NCBI GenBank assembly: GCA_050084985.1
Contig: JBITNC010000001.1
Coordinates: 147,126,001 to 147,190,000, forward strand
Direction: 5' to 3'
Length of the DNA: 64,000 nucleotides
Origin: Nageia nagi
Lineage: Eukaryota > Plantae > Pinophyta
Shown: piece after piece, positions 53,301-64,000 of the stretch
Layout of the letters: every line of letters starts with the position of its first letter
Numbering within the stretch: the stretch's first letter is position 1
Notes under the pieces: generated by a model
Databases searched by the model: none
Told to the model about the DNA's origin: nothing
Seen by the model: only the letters and a program-made list of their open reading frames with translations
Program-made: the position numbers and the translations under genes

Positions 53301-55330
53301 AGCATGATCTGTGGTGGTTGTGCCTAGCATAATTCCAAAAATGGTACTCAATGATTATGTCATTAGAATCAAAATATTTGTTGATCAAATAACATAGCAT
53401 AATTAAGCTAACATATGATACAAGCATCTCTAGCTTGGAAATTGGACCATGTGTACTAAAGATGATGTAGATAATCAGTTGGCACAAAATAGGCATTAGG
53501 ATCAATAAAACCTAATTTACTTCAAATGAAGTATGAGGAATGATGCTTTTCACTAGGCCATCTAGTAGGATGAATACTAATCTTATCATAAACTCACTCA
53601 ATTATGTTAAAGTACCCACATATTACCCATATGGATTGAGGTAGAGAAAGGGTGATCCAACACCATAATGAACAACTCTTAGATGCATCATTATATGTAT
53701 AAATATTTAAAATACCAAAGGATGCATTGGCCACCTTAAGAAGGATCCACACAACTTTATTGGAGGGATCAGTTCCTTAAGTCATAAAATGGAAATGCCA
53801 CGTATTAGCAATAAATAAAACAACTCCATATTTACTATCATAATGATTATTAATGTAAAATTAGCTCTTTGTAGAAATTGTAGTATAGACCAAGTGTAAA
53901 TGAAAACCTAATACCTTGATTTCTTATAAACATAAAAACTCCAATGCACCTAATTGATGCATGTAAGAAATAATCTCATTTCAGACCAAATATTTATGAG
54001 TAGGTTCTAATAGCCCTCAAACATTCCATAATATAAAAATCATAAAAAATGATAATCCATAATTTTGACTTCCACCTCCTCCAAGTCCTTAAATGTAGAT
54101 ACTGATTCATAAGGATTACTCAAAAATCCATCCTAGTCACTTGAAATCATAGCAGAGTGGTGATGTTTCTTGAGATGAAAAGAACTATGGAGAGGGCTAT
54201 GGGACTTCTAACCCCAATGTGTCTACAATATTTCCTACCCTTGAGGAGGGGATCAAATAATAACTATATATTGAGAGTCCAAGAAGAGAAAACCATTATC
54301 AAGTGTAGCACAAGTACCAATAAAATCTCAACCAGTTGAGATGAGGAATCTTGAAGGACTATAACAAAACTACCTTCATGAACACACTATTTTCTAGTAG
54401 CATTAAAAGTTTACCCAAAATAGAACCACCTTCAAAATTAGAAAGCTTTCCATTGGAAATGTTACCATTTTGAACATTTTTTCCTTTTTGAGTGAGTAAA
54501 CTTAGTCTCTCCTATTTTGATATTAATGTGATGTTGAAGGTATTGAGATAAGTCAAATTTCATACAATATTAGTGTTGAGGTTGAGAAAATAAAAACTTA
54601 TCCTCATCATGGTAGATAAACTCTCCAAAAGGTGCAATAATGCATTTAAAATGAGGCCTCAAAGGTAAAGATAAGTAAGGAATTCAACTCATATAGGAAC
54701 CTTAAGGGGCACAATACTAGCTATTGAGAAATCCTTAGTCCATGGCTGAAAAAGTAGCAAAGTATTACAAATAGACAAAGGGTTATGGGTTAAAACTCCA
54801 CATGTATACGTATGAGTTGCAAAATGGAATAAAAAAAATCTTTCATAAGATTTTGTACACCAGTAATTTTTACCCCATGGGGAGCTTAAGTTTGCTTCAC
54901 CCATGAATACATGATTGACTTACTAGGGACTCTATCAAGAAAATACCTAATCAAAGTATGGGTGTCAATCCATTGAATTGAACTAGCAAAATCACTCAAT
55001 AGAATACAAATAATTAAAGTGTTATTATAAATAATACCTCATGGAATACTTTTAATACAAAACTATAGGGTCTCTTGCTTAACATTGGTGCCATTACTTC
55101 CTCTAGCCACTTCATCAAAGGATGAAGTTACTAAATGAGGTAAAGCCATAAATAAACAAGATTGAGGGGCCAATAATGGTGGTGATACAAATCTCAAGAG
55201 ATTATCAATGCAAAAATAACCTATTAATCCTATGAAAGGATGGTAAAGTGATAATAAATATGGATGGAAAATGATGCATTCAATAGAACTCAGCTCAAAA
55301 CAGAGCTCAAAAATCACTTCCAACCATTTT
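47315..55330 (-). mobile_element. Near-full-length decayed L1-type LINE (ORF1 plus EN-RT ORF2) with a duplicated 3' portion
   Basis: T10 tail at 47315-47324. Minus-strand ORF2 start MIFILWNV*GL (about 54043), N*RSITLLN (about 52400), KIDFEKAYDRIEW (about 52170-52205), QGFPLAPFL (about 52000-52025), HFAYDS (decayed FADD, about 51890-51910). ORF1-like region about 54300-55326. Absent from duplicate copy A. Confidence 0.92.
47329..51990. repeat. 2 x ~2331-bp near-identical tandem duplication within the LINE
   Basis: Units start TAAAGTTGGTTTGTATTAAAAATAG at 47329 and 49660. Twin ORFs 48176/50506 and 47551/50060 appear in the ORF track. Confidence 0.97.
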
Positions 55331-57679
55331 CCATCCCTATTATATATAATGTAGTGTAATACATCTTTAATATCATGATATTTGATAATTCTTTGGAGTC
55401 ATTAAAAATCCCATGGTAGGTGTTTCCTTTAGTGTCATTTAATTTTGAATCATTTTCAATGTGAAAAAAAAGATAGTTATAGAAAGTCAATTTTTTTACA
55501 TTAATAGTGTGATTAATTAGTATATAATGATATTTTTAAAATTTGATTAAAGTTAAAAATTTTATAATAATATTGAAGAATAAATCATATTAAGAATTCT
55601 CACAAATAAGGAATGAAATAGTTAGTTAAGCATTTAATATTATTACCATAATAATAAGTGATTCAAATAATATGTATTTTAAAATAGAGCTTCTACCATC
55701 CCTTTAACTCAAATTGTTATATACAACAAAATAATAAGTGTTTTAATTTTAGGTATTTTTATGATGACATTTTTTTTATAAAATTTTTATAATATTAATC
55801 AAAATATGTTATTCTAGACTTGAAAAATCATTAAAAAATTTCTCTATTACCTTCATCTATGGTTTTAAAAAACTTTCTAATGATAGATTTCACCAAATTG
55901 AACAAAATAACATTTAAAATCTACATTTTTCTTCAAAAATAAAATTCTAAAAAATAAAAAAGCACTAATTTAAAAAAAAATAATTTTGTAATATGATCAA
56001 CCAATTTCTATAAAATTAATGCAACGAAAAAGCAAATAAAACCTATGTTTTTATTGATGAACTCCACATAAAATGTGATGTCCTAAATTTAAAATTCTAG
56101 GTTCTATGAGATACATCAAGTTCACTAATTTGTATGACATAAAACTAGAATTTGCTATAATTAAATAATAAAGACAATCCTAAAAATTACTTAGACTGAA
56201 ATGGATAAAGATAAATAATAATGGAACTAGATGATACTCAATAAATAATAAGTAAATATCTATCAAGATGAAGATTTGAATACTTACTTGTACTTGTTAT
56301 AGATGAAATGTAGAAAAATATTGATTGAGAATGATTAAATGGAGATACCACAAAAACTATAGCCAATCAATTCCTTAAAAATGAACCATCATCATTCCTA
56401 TAAAAATAAAACAAACCATTGTTAGTCCTCAAACAATCCATTATCAATCCTCTTTTAAAGTAGTCTGACATATTGATTTCAATCATCCCTTTACAAGCCT
56501 ATAAGGATGGCAAATTATATGCAATAATAGTACAATAGATCACATAATATAGTCAAAGTATCAAAATTCTAATAAGGTGACATTGAGAAATACTTAAAGA
56601 GGAATATGCTAATGGTTGAATGCAAGAAGTTGGGTCTAGTTTATGGCCAAAAAATAGAAATATTTTTCATAATTTTCAAGTTTAGGCATGATTGATCTCA
56701 AAATTTGAAGCACTTGGACATGGAATCATTTAAAAGGTCATTAAGATGAAAATGTAGTGCTTATATTATAGTTTTCAAATATATAATTTATTCTAATACC
56801 TAGATGATAAAAATTAACTTTTTATAGGAATGAATAAACATCACTTTTTAAACTATATCATTTTAAGACCATAGCATGCATGTATCTATCATGCATAATC
56901 AAAATTAAGATATTTTTTAAAATCATTTTAGGCATAGATACCTAATATCACAAAGCTAACTCCTACTTGATAACTTTTTTACCTATTCCTATCATCACAA
57001 ACCCTAAAATTTCAAACTTGTTTTTTTTAATTTAAATTATTAAATTGTATGAATGGACAAGATGATCCATATGATAGTATTAGCCTTGCTATCTAGTTAG
57101 CACTCACATGGCCATATTGGGTAAATTTGGATTAGCCAACCTTGATCCAAGTCCTTGTAGTGTTTACTCCATAATGCTCATATCATTGGAATAACTCCAC
57201 ATGAGTGACCCACCATTTTTGCTCATGAACTATGCAATAAACATTATAGGCAAGATGTAGTGGTTTTCTACTTGGGGCCCATATCACCTGAGAGAATACT
57301 CATCTACCAGGTTACTTATCATTCAATGTGACCCTCCAAATAACAAGTGTAAATAAATTTTCCTAATAAATATTCTTTATGTAGTGGATAAGCATCATCA
57401 TCTATTGAATAGTCATGATACTCCTATTTACTAAACTATAGGTAGTATGACTATTAGTTACCCTCATCTGATAACCATAGTTTTATTGACTTCTATCCTC
57501 ATTTGATAACATTTTGAGGATATGAGACACTAGCCTACCCATATCTATCGACTAGGATCACCATGGAGTCTATCATCCTCATGCCCATATCTTAGAGAGT
57601 CATAGGTATTAGAATGATACCCTTAAGTGGTTTATATAGTCTAATAAGTTTGAAAGAAGGTTATAAAATGAACCACCCC

Positions 57680-59400
57680 ATATTCTATCGATACTAGAAA
57701 TAATTTTTCTTGGATCAATTATTAGGGTTTTTAGGTTTCATGCTTGTACCAAGCATTAAGATGTCATCTTATTTTAAATAAATATTTTTCATATTTAAGT
57801 AAAAATTTATTAGCATATGCAAGAAGTTTCAAATCAAACTTGTTCAGGAAGTTACTAGGAATATTAGAAATTACTATATTTATCCCATATGTATGATGCA
57901 ATGCATGAAGTACTTCTTTATGAGAGTTTGAGATGCTAGAATTTAATAACAAGCCTTGAGTTAACACTAAAGTAAACTACTTATAGCAAGGAAGTATGAT
58001 GTAGAGTGGTCCATACATAAGGAATATTCCTTTTGTATACCATTTAGTGTATTTTCCTAACAAGAGTTTGACTAATGAACTTTCTATGCATTTATCCTTA
58101 TCGGTGATACAACCCATAAATTTCATGCTTTTGGAGTTAATTCAAGCTTATGATGAGATTGAACCAAGTTTTAGTCCTTAAGATAATTACCCACATATAA
58201 GGATTCTTAAGAGCCTTCCTATATTTATATTCAATGTCTTAAGCAATTGTTTCTAAAATAAGTTTAATTCAATAATCATTTTAGCCATATTGTATGTACC
58301 ACTTACTATGTATTATATTCTTCCATATAGTAACTATATTATAGATTATAATATACCTTTGATTCAATACCAAATCATCTAGGTACATTAAGTTATCCTT
58401 TTTTACCCAATTACAAATGGTTAAGGATTAATAGTGTGTTTCAATTATGAAGTGTTATTTTACCTTGAGCCACCAAATGATTATATTCATATCAGGGATC
58501 CCTTTTTATTAAACCTTTTTTTTCATGATATCACTTTCATGATGGGATTATACAAGACATCCTTAACTTAAGATTACTTTAAGGATATTGATTCATAATT
58601 ACACCAATGACCTTGGTTTTATTTTTTTACTAGGTATATATTTATTGTTATACATATAGAGGTGTATTGATATTTTCTTGCATAACTATATACTAAAATT
58701 ATATGGTAACATTCTTGAATTAAAATATCATTTCAATACTGTAAAGATCATTCCATAGAGTGAATCTCATTGGTTACATTGGATAATTACCAATTGGTTT
58801 AAATATGATCCATAGACTATCTTTATGGATACAAATATCTCCATCTTAACCTTACTTTAATACATGAGGGCTTTAATATTTTTAAGTATAGGGTATCCCT
58901 AATTTACACCTCATGAAATATGAGATACCTAATTACATAGGTGTTCCCTTATAATGTAGGGGATTTATAACATATCATTGTAGAATTTTTTGATGATCTT
59001 CATTATGTCTTCATCGTACCTCCTTTCCATCTTCATCTCCCAAAATCTTCCAAGGGTCCAAGTTTCATTTATCTTGAGTACTAGGATAGGCTTTTGAGTA
59101 TTAAGGATTAGGACAACCATTTTTCCTTTGATAAAAATGTATCTTACTTTAAATGCATTTATAATATATTTTAACAATATGATTTCCTAGAAGGACCTTA
59201 GGAGGTTTTATGTTCTTCTTTGAACTACCTCCCTTCCTTTGTTTTAGGGAACACTTTACAAATGATAATACTAAATTTACTCAAGATGATATTATTGAAT
59301 TAAAAAGGGATATTAATAATCCACAATGTTTGTTTTCCAAGTAAAATAGAATACTTCATAATTTTTACCCAATAATATCTCTTATAAGTTCTTTATCATA
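57680..59400 (-). mobile_element. Very decayed Ty3/gypsy pol fragment
   Basis: PILVLKINETW (cf. RT SPILLVxKKDGTW) in ORF 58965-59177; LNINIGRLLRIL near 58197-58235 (cf. integrase NRSLGNLLRxL); YEKYLFK chromodomain-like near 57780. Confidence 0.5.
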
Positions 59401-59589
59401 GTGGGTTTTCATTTAACACTCATTATTACATAAATGTTTATTAATATTTATAAAAAATATCCTCAATTAAAGAGTATTTAATCACATTTTCCAAAAAGGA
59501 TTTTGAATAATCCTAATAACAAATCATTATAGCTTCTCAAAGTAATAATTAAAAGGAATTAGTGAAAACTCTATGTAACAAAGACACTA

Positions 59590-60450
59590 AGTGTTTTACC
59601 TTCAGCAAGGAGGCTTGGATTATTTCTATCAAAATGGTTTTCTCAAAGATTAAAAATAACAATATTTTTTGATAGCAAACACATTAGACTCATTTACCAA
59701 ATACATGGAAAATACCTCATGCAACCTTATGGAATACAATAGTCACTGGTTATGCACATGATGTATTCATCTCATAAGATCATAAGATGCCTTATTGAAT
59801 ACATAGTATCATGGATGCCATGGTCATAGGATATGAAAAAACTAAGAGACTATGATTTGCTTGAAAATAGTCATCATCTAGATTTAGGTTCCTTTGACCT
59901 TAGAAATTTAATGGATCCATTAGAGAGGACCTAAGCTTGACTAACAAAGTACTTTCACACTCGCATTAAGTTACTTGTCTGCATGCCTTAGCATCATGAG
60001 TCTCATGACCCCAAAATTCACACCAAAAAGCAACCTACACATTAAAGAAGGAGGGGCTCTTGGGCATAATGAATATTAGGAAATGCATAAAATGTACATA
60101 TTGGGTACAAGAATAGATCTATGATGTCATTAAAAATCATAAAATATTCACCAACATGGGTATTTTAGGAGAATATTATAAATCATATGACAAAACACAT
60201 CATCTAAATTATAGTCTCTATGATGTTGAAGATGCTTGTATGCCTCACCATATAGAACATTATTATCATAGAAAAGTGCACATAAGGGTATGATGGGAGA
60301 GAGATATACAATTCTATAAATCATAGTATATGCACAAGAAAGGATACACTAGGGAGAAAGAAGGATAATCTCAAAACCATGTTGAGTTGATTTTGCAAAT
60401 ATTGTTAGTATTCCTCTAGCATAAGCCATCATGTATCAAAATATAAGGAT
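59590..60450 (+). pseudogene. Second, more decayed PPR (PLS-type) fragment
   Basis: LWNTIVTGYAHD near 59727-59762 and a frameshifted VSW.AMVIGY near 59807-59835 (cf. VSWNAMIxGYAQNG). Confidence 0.55.
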
Positions 60451-60706
60451 ATCCAACAAGATGTAAATAACATTGTTTCTTAGTTTTTGAATAGGAATAC
60501 AAGATTTTGACAAGATGGGCTGGGGTATGACTCCATCTACTACAAAAAATATGAATAAAATATTTCTAAGAGCCTTTCCATTGGATTCCCATAATAAATA
60601 TTAAGTTTTTTCTCAAATTTTCCCTTTCCTAGCTAGGCAAACCTTATAATTATTTAACCCATATTGTATTTCAAATATCATATTCATGAATAATTTAAAA
60701 TAAAGT

Positions 60707-60708
<2 letters not shown>

Positions 60709-60742
<34 letters not shown>
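60709..60742. repeat. (TC)17 microsatellite
   Basis: Directly visible. Other SSRs: (TA)n near 3900-3939, 16589-16607 and 40627-40650; (AAT)n/(AAAT)n near 15570-15607. Confidence 0.95.
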
Positions 60743-60746
<4 letters not shown>

Positions 60747-63700
60747 AGATAAAATTTAATTAACCTTTAAATATTATCTCAACTTTAAAATAGACTATCT
60801 AAATATTGAATACTAGCAAATTAACTTGAAAGCTTTGATTTATTATTTAGCATTAGTAGCCAAAATGATAGAGGAGCACCTAAGCTTCTTCCTCCATGGA
60901 GATTCTAGACTAAAACTTGAAAATAAGAGAGAAAAATAATAAGGTCCTCTTCCCTAAGAGTTCTCCCTTTAATTATAGCCAAGGTTACTATAATATTTCA
61001 AAAAGAAGTATCTATTCATTTAACTCAATAACTTTTGTTTGGAAGGTGTAGGTATTTTTTTTGTGGTATGTTCAAGATAATTTTGTTTGTATGTATGGTA
61101 TCATACAAAATAATTTGTACCTTTTATATTAGGCTACAAATTATGTCCAATTATTTTATGCACCTAACACAAGGAAATAAGGTATGTGGGGATCCCATCT
61201 CCATTATTTTCATAAAATCCTAAAATACCTTTTGTAACCTCTACAACATGATAATTTATCCTTTTAATAATAAATTTTACTTTCACCCAATTTTACTAAA
61301 ATCCTTAGGTGAAAAATTTAAATTCAAATGATGGAACATTTATTGCCTCATTTGAAAATAGTTGATAAATTTTAAAAGTGCACATCACATTTTTAACACT
61401 CATTTTTACCTGCAATGATCCTTTCATTTTGTAAAATAAATTTATTAGTCCACTAACACACATACAACATTAAAATTGAATATTATGCATAATAATTATG
61501 GTATGCATATATATAATCTATGAAGGTCATCATGGCTTGTCAGTGAATCAATGCCAATCATTTCCTCACTCTTACCCATCCATTCCCATAACCAACTCAC
61601 CCTTGGTTCTTTGGGTCTTTAACCTAACTCCCCATCTCGAGTCAACATGTAACTTGTATTGTAAAATCTTGAAGCTACAATCAAATTGATACAACTAATG
61701 CATATATCCACTCTAAATTAGTCTTTTCAAAATATAAATAGTCTTAATCACATTCAAATTCTTGATGATATTTGAGTCTTAATAAGTGCAAATTAGGTGG
61801 ATCATTGCAAAGATATTGAGGCTTATCCTAGATAGTTTTCTATAATTTTCTTATAAATATTTTTTTTATTAATTTTGTATTAGTCATGTTTATTATATCA
61901 AAAAGTGCTCATGTCCCTCATGCATAATTTAACCTAAACTTAATTTTTTTCAATTTTTTTTTCTTAAAGAGAATTCTCTGAAGTTTATCCCTATATATTG
62001 TTTTTATAACTACCAAAAAAAACTTATTTAGAAAATAGTATACCCTCACATTTCAAGTATATGGACTAGTTTCACTAATAATTAATAGAAAAATATAAAA
62101 TCTAATCCATTTGTAAAAAAATACATATTCAAATTCAATACTCTTTCATCTAAAATGGGTTTCAATTTCATGAAAAAATTCTATCAAAATCATCATGAAA
62201 TATGTTTCTGATGTTACACTTTTCTAGTAAAATCAACCATGAATACCTACTTGTAGGTCCAATGAAAAGGGTTGGTTGACCAAGTCTTTTTCGAGCCTAA
62301 ACTTGAGGTTGATGGGTAGGAATCAAAATTTTGAATTTATTGAGATTTTGATATATTAGCATCTTGATTTATTTACATATGATATTTAGAATATGTTGTC
62401 CAAATATGTCTTAATAGTGGAATTATGTGGATTTTGGTTATGTATAAAACTTGATGATGTAACCTAAACCTTGGGTTGGCACCCACACCTTAGGCCTCAA
62501 GCCACCTACAAATAGTACATATATTATTCTAATATTATAGATTATGATGATTCATAATAATGAATTAAATTAAATAACTTGATAATTGCACTTTAATGGC
62601 TTTAAGTAATTACATAAATTAAATTTATTTAACTAAATTCCCCTTCACTAATAACTCTAATACCAATATCAAATGGTGCATGTAGTCTAGTTCAATCTTA
62701 CTAAAAATTAAAATATCATTAAAATAAACAACCATAAACTTATTAATTTATTTTGATAGTACTTTGTTTATCAATCGCATAAACGTACTAGGTGGATTCA
62801 ATAATTCAAAAAATAACATCACCATTTGTATTGTCCATTTTGAAAGTTATATTTGACTCATGAATCTATAATTTTTATTTAGTAATAACCACTTTATAGG
62901 TCAATCCTACTAAAATAATTAGCCCTTACTAGGAGTTCCAACATTTCATTAATTCTATGGTTTAAGAACCTATATTTTATGATAATCTTATTTATGGACT
63001 TCTTATCTATGCACATCCTACTATACATCCTTCTTCAATGTTAAAGTGTAAATTAGGATTTATTTATTTAGTTTACTACCATAGTAGTTCATAGATAAAG
63101 TTAAATAGTTTACTAAATTATTGGTTAATAGAATAAGTCAAATAGGCAATTATTTGATTTAATTAGTTGTTAAAATAAGTATGAATCATGGTTATCACTT
63201 CATTAGTTTCTTCTTATAAAGGTTAGCTCAATGAGATTAGACTTATATATTAGGAATATCCATTTCATGTATATTATTATAAATGTTTAAGTAATGCTAT
63301 TCAAAATTCGAGATTCATATCATTTGGTATCTAAACCTCTTTGACTGCTATGATTCTTTAGGATTTGTTTTATTAGAAAGTGATCACCACTCAACATGTT
63401 ATTTACAATAAATACATAATATTGTGGGAAGGATTATCGCCAATAGATTACACTTAGATTTTATAAGGATAACTAAATAAGATCGATAAGGAAACCTTAT
63501 AAGGATAACTCATAGTAGTTGAGTTCTTTCCAACTAGACGAGAATGATTTATTAATTTGCTTGTTGGGGTCATAAATTTTGATCTTATTGTCCATTTGAG
63601 CCTATTTTTTTCAAATAAAGAATAATTGAATTCTCTAGGATTTTGTAAGGATATTCTAGAGAGAGTATGATTTTTTAGACCACTTTTTATATCCAAAAGA

Positions 63701-64000
63701 TTTTATCTTAGGGCTTGGATGCATCCTTTAAGATTAATTTTTTATTTTTTAAAAGTGTTGGAATTTTAATACCTTTTGGGTGTAGCATTAGTTTCAAGAT
63801 ATTATTTAGAAAAATATGTATGTTTTGAATAACAAAGGCATGGTTCTATTTTGAGTCTTATCTAAGCTACATTTAGGCTTTCTAATAATAGTAAGTCTTA
63901 TTTTTAAAAATAACATTACTAAAAATATTATGTGGAAGTAGGGTTTTATTAGATTTTTTAGATAAAAGTTGATTATTATCTTCACAAATAGGTAGTTTAG

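Larger units (their letters stand above)
43523..55710 (+). repeat. Local duplication, copy B (interrupted by the LINE)
   Basis: Colinear with 16570-22005. Similarity stops near 47150 and resumes at about 55338, after the LINE. Confidence 0.85.

Noticed and set aside
61490-63720. Slightly GC-richer patches near 61.5-61.8 kb and 63.4-63.7 kb with short ORFs
   Set aside because: No motif could be assigned on either strand; probably unrecognised TE debris and would need a translated search.

Overview
Very AT-rich land-plant nuclear DNA; a gymnosperm or gnetophyte origin is only an inference from composition and PPR style. Most of the window is old, nested, heavily C-to-T-decayed retroelements. 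Only three CpG-retaining islands look genic: (1) an intact intronless 412-aa gene (19854-21092, +) resembling F-box/kelch-type substrate-binding propellers but with only a vestigial F-box; (2) an intact intronless matrix metalloproteinase (30242-31423, -); (3) a disrupted paralogue of gene 1 (45531-46770, +) inside a local duplication of about 4-5 kb. Mobile DNA includes a complete but dead chromoviral Ty3/gypsy element with both LTRs, PBS, PPT and a TTTAG target-site duplication (33325-39305). There is also a pol-less Tat/Ogre-like element carrying gag plus an antisense Plant Mobile Domain ORF (about 1870-7510), several Ty1/copia relics, and a near-full-length L1 LINE with a recent 2.33-kb internal tandem duplication. 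Other features are a promoter-bearing truncated U1 snRNA pseudogene, a PPR-DYW pseudogene, a fold-back palindrome on a (TA)n tract, and a palindromic-repeat array with variable spacers upstream of the MMP. All family calls are by manual motif reading; no searches were run, and boundaries of decayed elements are approximate.
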